The notes beneath the pieces are model-generated. The model saw only the letters and a program-made list of their open reading frames with translations. It was not told the origin of the DNA and searched no databases. The position numbers and the translations under genes were made by a program. Positions 27,389-36,968 of a DNA stretch of 64,000 nucleotides are shown here, in pieces. The stretch is from Eubacteriales bacterium (GTDB lineage Bacteria; Bacillota; Clostridia; Oscillospirales; CAG-272): NCBI GenBank assembly GCA_045643285.1, contig JAZUKN010000057.1, forward strand, positions 10,076-74,075, written 5' to 3'. Each line of letters opens with the position of its first letter. Position 1 is the stretch's first letter.

Positions 27389-28888
27389 TTACACGCCGTA
27401 TACGTCCTTGACTTTCGCTTCAAGGTATCTGAGGTAGAAGTCGGGATCGAACGGCTCGCCGAGGACCTTGTCAAGTATCTCGCACGGCTTGTAAAGCGAG
27501 CCGAACTGCCATATTTCTGCTTTGTTCCACGCATTCACCGGTGCGAAATCGCCTTTTCTTATACAGCCGTCTACATCGACGGTCTTTTTCATTTTATCGA
27601 GGAACTGCGCGCCGTATGCCGAGCCGAGCGCATAGGACGGGAAGTATCCGATCGAGCCGCCCGACCAGTGGCTGTCCTGGAGAACGCCGTGCTTGTCGTC
27701 CGGCACGTCCACACCGAGATATTCTTTGTAGAGCGCGTTCCATGCCGCCGGCAGATCGTGGACGCTGAGCTGTCCTGCCATGACGCGCTTTTCAAGCTCG
27801 TATCTTACCATGACGTGCAGACAGTATGTTACTTCGTCGGCTTCGGTGCGGATCAGCGACGGCTCTGCCTTGTTTACCGCACGGTAGAAGTCCTCTGCGG
27901 TGTGCGCCTTTAGTTCAGGGAACAGCTCGCACAGCTTCGGATAGATGAATTCGCAGTACGCGCGGCTCCGTCCGATAATGTTTTCGTAGAAGCGGCTCTG
28001 GCTTTCGTGGATGCCCATTGAAACTCCGCCGTCGATCGCCGTGAATGCGTACTCGTCACGGCAACCCGTGTCATAAAGCGCGTGACCGCCTTCGTGGATG
28101 ACCGAGTACATCGACGGAACAAAATAGTCCTCGTGATAGTGCGTCGTGATGCGTTCGTCGAGGTGCGAGCCGAGGTCAGTCGTGAACGGATGCTCCGTCT
28201 CTGCGATGCCGACGTGCATGAGATCAAGTCCCATTGTACGCATCAGATAATCGGACAGCTCTCTCTGCTTGTCTATCGGGAAATTACCCCAGAGGAATGA
28301 GTCGTCGACCTGCTTTGTCGCGGCAACTTTTTTGAGCAAGGGAACAAGGCACGCGCGGACTTTTCCGAAAAAGTCGTCGCACACGGCTTTGTTAAGTCCG
28401 TCTTCATATTCACCGAGCCAGTAGTCGTAGGGATCCTTGTCAGGCGCGAAATATCCGGCAAAGCGCTTGTTCGTCTCGAAGATCTTTTCGAGGATAGGCT
28501 CGAAAAGCGCGAAATCGCTCGCTTCTTTTGCTCTGTGCCATACGTCGTCCGCCTCGACGAGCAGTTCCTCGTATGCGATATACTCGTTCATCGGAACTTT
28601 CTGCATCTGACGGATTGATTTGAGAAGCAGAAATACCTCGCGGCGCTCTTCTTCGGTAAGCTCATCCTTGTTTACGTCGAGAAATTCGAGCAGAGCAACG
28701 GTTTCTTCACCCGTCGAGAGCTTGTATTCCTCTTCGGAAAGAACTGCGAGCGTGCGTGCGCGGTTTGCGGCTGTGCCTTTCGGCGCGGTCGTCTGTCCGT
28801 CGTAGAAGATCATCGTGGATGCGTGGGCGTATGCTTTGAGTTTTGTTTGCAGGGTTTTGAGGTTTTCTCTTGCTTCGGTGAGTGTCAT
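27389..28888 (-). CDS. M32 carboxypeptidase (Taq-type thermostable carboxypeptidase 1 family)
   Basis: 499 aa with the zinc motif HEGGHALYD and the M32-typical HESQSRFYEN. Confidence 0.93.
   Translation of the reverse strand: MTLTEARENLKTLQTKLKAYAHASTMIFYDGQTTAPKGTAANRARTLAVLSEEEYKLSTGEETVALLEFLDVNKDELTEEERREVFLLLKSIRQMQKVPMNEYIAYEELLVEADDVWHRAKEASDFALFEPILEKIFETNKRFAGYFAPDKDPYDYWLGEYEDGLNKAVCDDFFGKVRACLVPLLKKVAATKQVDDSFLWGNFPIDKQRELSDYLMRTMGLDLMHVGIAETEHPFTTDLGSHLDERITTHYHEDYFVPSMYSVIHEGGHALYDTGCRDEYAFTAIDGGVSMGIHESQSRFYENIIGRSRAYCEFIYPKLCELFPELKAHTAEDFYRAVNKAEPSLIRTEADEVTYCLHVMVRYELEKRVMAGQLSVHDLPAAWNALYKEYLGVDVPDDKHGVLQDSHWSGGSIGYFPSYALGSAYGAQFLDKMKKTVDVDGCIRKGDFAPVNAWNKAEIWQFGSLYKPCEILDKVLGEPFDPDFYLRYLEAKVKDVYGV
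27396..27509. repeat. Direct-repeat partner of 26038..26151 (functional 3' end of the carboxypeptidase gene)
   Basis: Aligned by eye, about 90 consecutive identical bases plus a 5' part with 3 mismatches. Copy-to-copy offset is 1358 bp. Confidence 0.85.
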
Positions 28889-28966
28889 ATTGTTTCCGCC
28901 TTTCTATGATTTGTGTTAAAATTATGCCTCCCCTGTGCAAAGGGAGCCTGCTTGTAGGTATTGCAC

Positions 28967-30796
28967 TTACGATAATTCAATCATGTTTGAGTAAAGCTGA
29001 TAATACTTTCCGTGCTGAGCGAGCAGGTCGTCGTGGTCGCCACGCTCGATGACCTTGCCGTGCTCGAGCACAAGTATCGCGTTCGAGTGACGGACTGTCG
29101 AAAGCCTGTGCGCGATAACGAACACCGTGCGCCCTTCCATAAGCCCGTCAAGCCCCTGCTCGATCAGTTTTTCCGTTCTCGTGTCGACAGAAGACGTAGC
29201 TTCGTCGAGAATAAGCACCGGCGCTTCCGAAACTGCCGCACGGGCTATGGCGATAAGCTGACGCTGACCTGCCGAAAGGTTTGCGCCGTCATTCACGAGA
29301 AGCGTATCGTATCCGTCGGGCAGATGCGAGATGAAATAGTGCGCGTTCGCTATCTTCGCGGCTTTTACGCAGTCTTCGTCCGTCGCGTCGAGCTTTCCGT
29401 AGCGGATGTTGTCCATTACCGTACCCGTGAAGAGGTGCGTATCCTGTAAAACTATACCGAGCGAGCGGCGCAGATCGTCTTTTTTTATTTTACGCACGTC
29501 TATGCCGTCGTAAGTGATCGTGCCGCCCTGTATATCGTAAAATCTGTTTATAAGGTTCGTTATCGTCGTTTTTCCGGCGCCTGTCGAGCCTACGAACGCG
29601 ATCTTCTGCCCGGGTTTTGCGTACAGCGAAAGGCCTGTAAGTACGGGCTTTCCTTCGATATATGAGAAATCGACGTCGTAGAACCGCACGTCGCCCTTGA
29701 GCGGCACTCTCTCGCCGTCAGGTTTTACCCAGAAGTAGTCGCGTCCGTCGTTTTCGAGCGTCACGCTTCCGCCGTCTTCTTCGTCGTCAAGATCGAGCAC
29801 GCCGAATATTCTTTCCGCGCCTGCAAGTGCAAGCATGATCGAATTGAACTGCTCCGCTATCTGGCTCACGCGGTTTGCAAATGTTCTTATGTATGAGAGG
29901 AACGTGATCAGCACCGAGCCTGCGTCGTCCGCCGTGAGCCACAGCACACCGACGGAGCAGGTCGTCGCATAGAAGAAGTGCGAAAGGTTGTTCAAAATCG
30001 GTCCGAGGATAGACGTTACGGTCGTCGCCTCGGTGGAGGCTTTTCTGAGGTCCTCATTTATCGGTTCGAAGCCGTCCATTACTTCGTCTTCGTGGGTGAA
30101 GACCTTGACGTCGCGCGCACCTGCTATCATTTCTTCAATGTAACCGTTGACTGCCGCCGCGCCTTTCTGCTGTGCACGGTAGCTCCGTCCGCTTATCGTT
30201 GTAGTGATCTTCACGACGGCTATCACGATGCCTCCGAGGACTATCATCAAGGCGAACAGCTTCATAGACAGCACGAGCATCATTGAGACCGTACCGATAA
30301 GCGACGTTACCGAAATGAGCATCTGCGTGATGCTGTGTTCGAGCAGTTCGTTCGTTGCTTCGATATCGTTCGTGAAGTAGCTCATCAGCGCGCCGTGCGG
30401 ATTGCGGTCAAAGTAACTGACGGGGAGCTTCTGCATCTTCGAGAACAGCTCTGTTCTCAGCTCACGCATGATTATCGTGCTCGATTCCATCATAAGGCGG
30501 TTGAGTATGTAGTTCGTGACAGCCGACAGAACATACAGCGCAAAAAGCCCGATGAGCAGAGCAAAATATTTTGCGTACTTTTCGTCGGCGATCCCCGATG
30601 ATTCAAGCACGCCGACGAGCGGCTTCATCATGAACGACGCCGCTATGGTCGCGCCCGAATACACAAGGATAGACGCAACTGCCGCAGTGATAAGCACACG
30701 GCAATGGCTGAAATATTTCACGAGCCGCATGAGAGTGTGCATCGGAGTGGCGGCTTTCGAGTATTTCTGCAGATCAACTCTCGGCATTTCCGTCAT
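28967..30796 (-). CDS. ABC exporter permease/ATPase subunit (heterodimer partner with consensus catalytic site)
   Basis: 609 aa with an N-terminal 6-TM domain. Walker A is GSTGAGKTT, the signature is variant LSAGQRQ, and Walker B is VLILDEATSSVD with the catalytic Glu. Confidence 0.92.
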   Translation of the reverse strand: MTEMPRVDLQKYSKAATPMHTLMRLVKYFSHCRVLITAAVASILVYSGATIAASFMMKPLVGVLESSGIADEKYAKYFALLIGLFALYVLSAVTNYILNRLMMESSTIIMRELRTELFSKMQKLPVSYFDRNPHGALMSYFTNDIEATNELLEHSITQMLISVTSLIGTVSMMLVLSMKLFALMIVLGGIVIAVVKITTTISGRSYRAQQKGAAAVNGYIEEMIAGARDVKVFTHEDEVMDGFEPINEDLRKASTEATTVTSILGPILNNLSHFFYATTCSVGVLWLTADDAGSVLITFLSYIRTFANRVSQIAEQFNSIMLALAGAERIFGVLDLDDEEDGGSVTLENDGRDYFWVKPDGERVPLKGDVRFYDVDFSYIEGKPVLTGLSLYAKPGQKIAFVGSTGAGKTTITNLINRFYDIQGGTITYDGIDVRKIKKDDLRRSLGIVLQDTHLFTGTVMDNIRYGKLDATDEDCVKAAKIANAHYFISHLPDGYDTLLVNDGANLSAGQRQLIAIARAAVSEAPVLILDEATSSVDTRTEKLIEQGLDGLMEGRTVFVIAHRLSTVRHSNAILVLEHGKVIERGDHDDLLAQHGKYYQLYSNMIELS

Positions 30797-32633
30797 CCTC
30801 CTCTCTCATTTGGCTGTCGTAAACGTCGCGGTAGATGTGGCTCCGTTTCATAAGCTCGTCGTGCGTTCCGAAATCGGAGAGCTTGCCTTCATCGAGAACG
30901 ACTATTCTGTCGCAGGTGATGATCGACGCTATGCGCTGTGCGATGATGATTTTCGTCGTGTCAGGCAGGGACGAACGGAGAGCGCGGCGAATGTGCTCGT
31001 CAGTCGTCATGTCAACTGCACTTGTGGAGTCGTCGAGGATCAGTATCTTCGGCTTCTTGATGACGGCACGCGCTATTCTCAATCTCTGCCTCTGACCGCC
31101 CGACAGATTTGCGCCGCCCTGTTCAATGGGATGCTCATATTGTTCGGGATAATTTTCTATGTATTCGTCAGCCGCGGCGATACGGCACGCTTCTTTCATT
31201 TCGTCGAGTGTTGCGTCGGCTTTTCCCCAGCGCAGATTCGACGCAACTGTACCCGAGAACAGCGAGCCGTTCTGCAGTACCATGGAAACTCCGCCGCGGA
31301 GATTTTCGAGCGTGTATTCGCGCACGTCACGACCGCCGACTTTCACTGTGCCTGATAAAGTATCGTAAAAACGCGGAATGAGGTTCACGAGGGTGGACTT
31401 GCCCTCTCCGGTGCCGCCGATGACGCCGATAGTCTCGCCGCTCTTTATATGCAAAGTGACGTGATTCACGGCGAGCTTGTCTATGTCTCCCGAATACGAG
31501 AAGCACACATCGTCGAAGTCCACCGAACCGTCGGGAACGGGTTCCGTGCAGTCGCCGTCCGCTATATCGGGTACTTCGTCAAGCACTTCTCCTATTCTTA
31601 CAAGAGAAGCCTGCGCGCGTGAAAATCCCATAACGAGCCATGTGAGCATCGTGAGCGCGTTTACAGCCTGCGTCGTGTATGACATGATGCTGACAAGCTC
31701 GCCTGTGAGCAGTCCTGTTTTTTCATAGATGATCTCGCCGCCTCCGATATAGAGTATGATAACGGAGCAGATCCACATGATCATCATCTGTATCGGTCCT
31801 GTCAGCGTGAAGAGCTTTCCTGAATAGAACTGCGCTGAACGAAGCTCCTCCGCCGTATCGGCAAAGCGTTTTGATTCGTATTTTCCGCGGACGTACGCCT
31901 TTACCACACGGTTTGATGTGAGGTTTTCCTGCACGGCGCGGTTCATGTCGTCTGTTTTGACGAGCATTTTACGGAAACGCGGCTGACCGATCTTTATCAT
32001 CACCGTCAGAATTGCGGCAAGAACAGGTATCGCAATAAGAAATACTACCGCAAGGCGCGGTGCTATCAGCATCGCCATGACAGCCGAGAGGATGAGCATG
32101 ACGGGTTGACGGAACAGCACGCGGATGAACTGGTGCATCGTGTTGCGGACGGTATTTACGTCTGTCGTCGCACGGGTGATAAGGCTCGGCGTCGAAAAAC
32201 GGTCGGTGTTCGAGAACGATAACGACTCTATCTTCGTGAGAATATCGGTGCGGAGATTCTTTGCGAATCCCTGACTTGCGACAGCCGAAAGGCGCGCGGA
32301 AAGCAGTCCGCAGACGAGCGAGAGCACGGCGACAGTCACCATGATCGCGCCGACGAAAATGACGAAACGGCTTCGGTCGGCAACGAGATCTTCTCTGAAA
32401 TATTCGTGAAGCAGAAAATTATCTTTTCTGTACAGACCGCCGTCGACGATGACCGACATGAGAAGCGGTATGAACATTTCGAGTACGACCTCGAGTCCGG
32501 CGAAAAATGCCGCCAGAACCGTATACCCGCCGTATCCGCGAAGACTGTTTATAAGGTGAGAATATACTCCGCGAGAGGATTTTTTCGTTTCAGAAGAAAC
32601 TTGGTTTTTTATGATTATCACTTCCGTGTGCAA
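30774..32633 (-). CDS. ABC exporter permease/ATPase subunit (heterodimer partner with degenerate Walker B)
   Basis: 619 aa. Walker A is GGTGEGKST, the signature is LSGGQRQR, and Walker B ILILDDSTSAVD has Asp in place of the catalytic Glu. This is the pattern of heterodimeric exporters such as TM287/288. The TTG start is uncertain. Confidence 0.88.
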   Translation of the reverse strand: MHTEVIIIKNQVSSETKKSSRGVYSHLINSLRGYGGYTVLAAFFAGLEVVLEMFIPLLMSVIVDGGLYRKDNFLLHEYFREDLVADRSRFVIFVGAIMVTVAVLSLVCGLLSARLSAVASQGFAKNLRTDILTKIESLSFSNTDRFSTPSLITRATTDVNTVRNTMHQFIRVLFRQPVMLILSAVMAMLIAPRLAVVFLIAIPVLAAILTVMIKIGQPRFRKMLVKTDDMNRAVQENLTSNRVVKAYVRGKYESKRFADTAEELRSAQFYSGKLFTLTGPIQMMIMWICSVIILYIGGGEIIYEKTGLLTGELVSIMSYTTQAVNALTMLTWLVMGFSRAQASLVRIGEVLDEVPDIADGDCTEPVPDGSVDFDDVCFSYSGDIDKLAVNHVTLHIKSGETIGVIGGTGEGKSTLVNLIPRFYDTLSGTVKVGGRDVREYTLENLRGGVSMVLQNGSLFSGTVASNLRWGKADATLDEMKEACRIAAADEYIENYPEQYEHPIEQGGANLSGGQRQRLRIARAVIKKPKILILDDSTSAVDMTTDEHIRRALRSSLPDTTKIIIAQRIASIITCDRIVVLDEGKLSDFGTHDELMKRSHIYRDVYDSQMREEDDGNAES

Positions 32634-32747
32634 AATAATACATTGAATACATTATATCACCGCACACCGGTTTTTGCAACCGATTCCGACTTATTTTGAC
32701 GTGAGCTTACATTATTATTCACAACAAAAACGCCGATACTGTGTCTT

Positions 32748-33347
32748 TTATTTCTTCACTGTCCGTATGATCTCTTCCGCGATCTCGACAATTCTCAGTT
32801 TAACTTTCACTTTTCCGTCGGATTTCGTTATCATTCTGTACTCCGCAGGCGTGAGCGACACTGCCGAATATTCGTCGGTCCTCGCAAATCTCATACACAC
32901 CGCCGGAAACAGCACGCACCACCAGTTATGCCCCTCTCCCTCTCCGAGAACGACTCTGAGAGAATCGTATTCACCGGACGGAAGCACAGTATCCCCGTAA
33001 TCGCGCCGCGGATATGTCTCGCGCCCGAGCAGCACCGTCACCGCGCAGTCTCCGCCGTTCTCCGAGACGCATTCTTCAGCCGCATCTTTGATTTCTTCCG
33101 TTACCATACCGACAGCCGCGTATGCCTCATCCTCGGTCGTACAGTTCTCCACTGCTCCCGTCACTACTTCAAGCACAGCGTCGCGCACCTTTAGTTTAAG
33201 CGACTGATCTTCGTCCGAGTCAGACTCCGCTATGACGTGAAGCCGCAGTACGTCGTCGTATATATTGCCCTCGCCGCAAATCGGAAAAACAGACACCAGA
33301 ACAGCCGCCACAAGCACAGACGACACAAAAGAAAGAAGATATTTCAT
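32748..33347 (-). CDS. spoIIR: Stage II sporulation protein R
   Basis: 199 aa with a signal/anchor sequence followed by LRLHVIAESDSDEDQSLKLKVRDAVL, the hallmark SpoIIR block. Confidence 0.88.
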   Translation of the reverse strand: MKYLLSFVSSVLVAAVLVSVFPICGEGNIYDDVLRLHVIAESDSDEDQSLKLKVRDAVLEVVTGAVENCTTEDEAYAAVGMVTEEIKDAAEECVSENGGDCAVTVLLGRETYPRRDYGDTVLPSGEYDSLRVVLGEGEGHNWWCVLFPAVCMRFARTDEYSAVSLTPAEYRMITKSDGKVKVKLRIVEIAEEIIRTVKK

Positions 33348-33398
33348 CTGAAAACCTCCGTTTAGTTGATGAAATATCTTTTGCTTTTATGTTCTTTT

Positions 33399-34181
33399 TT
33401 ACTCATCCGCGCCGATTATTTCCGGCGGTCTTGCCGTTCTTGCGACAGACACCGGAAAAACAGTCGCCGCACCGCACGAATACAGCAGTTCCGCCGCCGT
33501 TTTCACAGTCGCGCCCGACGTTATTATATCGTCAACGAGAATGTATTTTCCGCCGTCCTCGATCCTGTTCCGCAGTGGAATAAGTGTGCTTTCGGCGTTA
33601 ATTTTTCTCTTCTCCGCCGAGAGAGTCTTCTGCTCGACGGATCTTGAGCCGCGCGCCAGTGTTCTTGCCGTCCTACAACCGAGTATTTTCGCCATTTCGG
33701 AGGCAAGCGTCTCGCTTTGGTCTATGCCATATTTATAGAAATTCCTGTCGGAGCGCGGAGGATAAGTGATGATCCATTCCGTTATATCCTCGCCGCCGTC
33801 CGAAAAGATTCTGCCGAGTCCGCGGCATATCTCCGTCGCAAACATACGCGCGAATGCACCGCGTTCTTTCAGCGCGAATATCAGCTTTTCCGTCGCGCGG
33901 TCACTTTCTCCGAACGATTTTTCGCTTTTGTAAAACGTGAGAGAAAAGAAAGACTTTCCACCAACCGTGCGGCGTGTCACGTCCGTAAAATCAGTTCCGC
34001 AGGTGCAGTTCTGAGCGGTCTTTCCGCACACGGGACAATGCTCGAAGCATTCGCGGACGAATTTTGCGCGGCAAGAGTCGCACAGTTCTTCGCCTTTCGT
34101 GCCGTTTTCACCGCAAAGCTCGCACCTCGGAGGTATCAGAATATCGAGTAATTTTCCGAAAAGTCCCATATTGTCTCTCAC
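33399..34181 (-). CDS. comFC: ComF-family phosphoribosyltransferase-domain protein
   Basis: N-terminal Cys pairs (PPRCELCG, CPVCG) and the C-terminal PRTase motif ILVDDIITSGATV. Confidence 0.85.
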   Translation of the reverse strand: MRDNMGLFGKLLDILIPPRCELCGENGTKGEELCDSCRAKFVRECFEHCPVCGKTAQNCTCGTDFTDVTRRTVGGKSFFSLTFYKSEKSFGESDRATEKLIFALKERGAFARMFATEICRGLGRIFSDGGEDITEWIITYPPRSDRNFYKYGIDQSETLASEMAKILGCRTARTLARGSRSVEQKTLSAEKRKINAESTLIPLRNRIEDGGKYILVDDIITSGATVKTAAELLYSCGAATVFPVSVARTARPPEIIGADE

Positions 34182-34238
34182 TTCAAAAAGTCTTTTTTAT
34201 ATGATATACTTTTTCGGGCGTTTTTTCAATACAAAGGC

Positions 34239-34277
34239 AAAAAATAACCGGGATCCGCGGTTCTGCATTTCCCGGTT
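34239..34277 (-). terminator. Intrinsic terminator after the Na/Pi cotransporter gene
   Basis: On the minus strand: aaccggga / 16-nt loop / tcccggtt followed by ATTTTTT. Confidence 0.7.
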
Positions 34278-34293
34278 TTCTGTCTGATGATTC

Positions 34294-36096
34294 TTATCTT
34301 GCCTTGATTGCGACGAGCGGATCGAAGAACTGCTTCCGTCTGTCCGCGATCTCGATATCGTAGCTTTCGTCGTGCGATTCGTGGAGGTCGTGGATGTATT
34401 CGTGGTGGTTCTTGCGGATCTCCGCGTCGTTTATTGCAAGCACACGCATTGCGATAGACGAACACTGGTCGGACGCTCTTTCAAGATATGTGAGCGTTTC
34501 GATGAAGATGATGCCCGACGTGATAGTACAGTCTCCGCTCTTGAGACGATTGATATGGTTGTCGTTGAGGTACTCTACCATATCGTCGATGACTTCTTCA
34601 AGCGGCTCGACACGCTTTGCAAGCTCTTCGTCCTGTTTCTCGAACGCTTCGACTGTAAGGTCGATTATCTCGTTCACGGCGGACAGGAGAAGACCAAGCT
34701 CGTCCACGGCGGACTGAGAGAACGTGAGCTTTTGTGAGTGGATGCTCTCGGCAAACTCGTTGATGTTCGTCGCGTAGTCGCCGATACGCTCGAAGTCCTT
34801 CGTCGTCTGGATAAGCAGGTTGATTATCTCGTTCTGCTCCTCGGACAGCATGAGCTGAGACAGACCGAGCAGGTAGTTTTCGGATTCGTCGGTGAACGCG
34901 TCGACCTTTGCCTCGCGCGTGTTGATCTCCTCCGTCATCTCATCGCTGTATTCGGTGAGCTGTTCTATACTCTTTTCAAAGTTGTCATGTGCAAGTCTGC
35001 CCATTTTGCCGATACCGACAGTCGTTTCGGAAATCGCCATCTGCGGGATACCGTAGAGCTTCTTGTCGAGCACGTGAACGGGGGATTTTATCGTGTTTTC
35101 TTCTTCATCGGGCTTGATTATCATAAGCGTGATCTTCACGAGCAGTCCGGTAAACGGCAGAAGAAGAACGGCTGTTATAACGTTAAAGAGCGTCTGGAAG
35201 TTTGCGATATGTCCGCTGTTGACGGTCATTCCCCACATTTCAGGGAACGCGCCGACGTTTTTGAGCACGGTCATACCGATCATAAAGAGGACAGTACCGA
35301 CGACGTTGAAGATGATATGCGCGATACCCGTTCTCTTTGCGTCCTTTGACGAGCCGATGGCGCAGACGATAGCAGTCGTAACGCAGGTACCGATGTTGAT
35401 ACCCATAATAATAGGATAGATAACGTCAAACGTCATCACGCCGGTGGACGAGAGTGCCTGTAGCATACCGACCATTGCGGCGGACGACTGCGCGATTACA
35501 GTTGAGACAAATCCGACGAGAATACCGATGAGCGGCATATCTGCGAACTTTGTTACGATCTCTTCAAATACTGGAGAGTTTGCGAGAGGCTCAACTGCCG
35601 CCGACATTGACATGATACCGGTGAACAGTACGCCGAAACCGCAGAATATCTCTCCGACTGCCTTCGAGTTCTTCGTTTTGAGGAACATATAGAAGATGAT
35701 ACCGACGAACAGCGCAAGAGGTGCGAGCGTCGACGGCTTGAACAGTTCGAGAATGAAGCTGCCTCCCGAATCAATATCCATAAGGCGGATGATCTGCGCG
35801 GTGATCGTCGTACCGATGTTCGCGCCGAGGACGATCGAAACAGCCTGCTTAAGATTGAGGATCCCTGCCGCGATAAGACCGACCGTGATGACGACGGTTG
35901 CGGTCGACGACTGAATGACAGCCGTGACTATCGTACCCATAAGAACGCCCATAAAGACGTTCGACGTGACTTTCTCAAGCACCTTCTTGAGAGTTGAGCC
36001 GGATGCGTTCTTGAGTCCGGACGACATGATCTCCATACCGAAGAGGTACATCGAAAGCCCGCCGAGGACTGCGACTACTGTGAAAAAGATATTCAT
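34294..36096 (-). CDS. Na/Pi cotransporter family protein with C-terminal PhoU-like repeats
   Basis: The N-terminal NptA-type membrane domain has repeated QSSTATVV/QSSAAMVG blocks, and the C-terminal helical region is PhoU-like. I chose the ATG at 36096 (AAGGAG 8 nt upstream) over the ORF-track start at 36123. Confidence 0.9.
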   Translation of the reverse strand: MNIFFTVVAVLGGLSMYLFGMEIMSSGLKNASGSTLKKVLEKVTSNVFMGVLMGTIVTAVIQSSTATVVITVGLIAAGILNLKQAVSIVLGANIGTTITAQIIRLMDIDSGGSFILELFKPSTLAPLALFVGIIFYMFLKTKNSKAVGEIFCGFGVLFTGIMSMSAAVEPLANSPVFEEIVTKFADMPLIGILVGFVSTVIAQSSAAMVGMLQALSSTGVMTFDVIYPIIMGINIGTCVTTAIVCAIGSSKDAKRTGIAHIIFNVVGTVLFMIGMTVLKNVGAFPEMWGMTVNSGHIANFQTLFNVITAVLLLPFTGLLVKITLMIIKPDEEENTIKSPVHVLDKKLYGIPQMAISETTVGIGKMGRLAHDNFEKSIEQLTEYSDEMTEEINTREAKVDAFTDESENYLLGLSQLMLSEEQNEIINLLIQTTKDFERIGDYATNINEFAESIHSQKLTFSQSAVDELGLLLSAVNEIIDLTVEAFEKQDEELAKRVEPLEEVIDDMVEYLNDNHINRLKSGDCTITSGIIFIETLTYLERASDQCSSIAMRVLAINDAEIRKNHHEYIHDLHESHDESYDIEIADRRKQFFDPLVAIKAR

Positions 36097-36228
36097 TTTT
36101 TCTCCTTTTTTGGGACGGCGCACTTCTTTTTGCGGTCATACTTCCGTACGCGCGTATCTCACCGTGCGCGAACCGCTCCGCCGTTCCTGTTTTTAATCCA
36201 ATTTTCGACAAATAAATAATATCAAAAA

Positions 36229-36269
36229 ATTATGAACACTTTTTGTGCGAATTATTAACTTTGTGTTAA
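36229..36269 (-). promoter_or_regulatory. Pho-box-like direct repeats upstream of the Na/Pi cotransporter gene
   Basis: The minus strand reads TTAACA-caaag-TTAATA-attcg-CACAAA-aagtg-TTCATA, four hexamers on an 11-bp period. TATTAT follows 9 nt downstream. Confidence 0.4.
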
Positions 36270-36326
36270 ATGATCTCATCCAAAGCCTCGTAAAACGCAC
36301 CCTTGAAAGCGCTGCCATGACTGTTA

Positions 36327-36355
36327 TTGACAAACCGGACGTGCGGTGATATAAT
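36327..36355 (+). promoter_or_regulatory. Sigma-A promoter with extended -10 for greA
   Basis: TTGACA (36327..36332), 17-nt spacer ending TGa, TATAAT (36350..36355). Confidence 0.7.
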
Positions 36356-36399
36356 ACTGTTTACATCAGTGATTCATAATGATTCGGAGGCAAACGAAT

Positions 36400-36900
36400 A
36401 TGCCCTCACATGAGCTTACGGAAGTTGAGATCAGCAAAATAAAAGAAGAAATACTCCACCGCCAGACTGTGCTGACACCGCAGTACATCGCCGAGGTACA
36501 GCGTACCCGCGCGCTCGGAGACTTATCCGAAAACGACGAATACCGCACGGCAAAAAGAGAGCTGAACCGCAACTATTCTCGCATCAGATACTTAAACAAC
36601 ATCCTCGACAACGCAGTCGTCGTCAGCTACTCGTCGGAAGCGGACTCTGTCGGTCTTTTCGATCATGTAACGCTATGGAACGAAGAGGACGAGGAAGAAA
36701 CGACTATAACCCTCACGACTCCTCTCCGCAACGACGTTCTCGCAGGACTTATCTCAAAGGAATCTCCACTCGGTGCGGCTATAATCGGTCACAAGGTCGG
36801 CGACAGAGTCGAGATAAAAGTGAACGAAAAGTATTCGTACTTCGTCGAGATCAAGGCTATCGAAAAAGGCTCGGACGACTCGGGCGCATTCATCAACTGA
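36400..36900 (+). CDS. greA: Transcription elongation factor GreA
   Basis: GDLSENDEYRTAKRE coiled-coil motif and a C-terminal FKBP-like domain. The ATG at 36400 lies 9 nt after GGAGG, which the ORF-track start at 36379 would contain. Confidence 0.9.
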   Translation: MPSHELTEVEISKIKEEILHRQTVLTPQYIAEVQRTRALGDLSENDEYRTAKRELNRNYSRIRYLNNILDNAVVVSYSSEADSVGLFDHVTLWNEEDEEETTITLTTPLRNDVLAGLISKESPLGAAIIGHKVGDRVEIKVNEKYSYFVEIKAIEKGSDDSGAFIN

Positions 36901-36968
36901 AAAAACAAGGAATATCACGCGCTGTCGTGATATTTTCTGTAAATCGGGAAGAAAGGACGGCTGCACAG

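Noticed and set aside
36675-36968. N-terminal extension of the decarboxylase-family ORF overlapping greA
   Set aside because: It overlaps the 3' half of greA in another frame and has Arg-rich composition. Family similarity begins only after the GTG at 36969.
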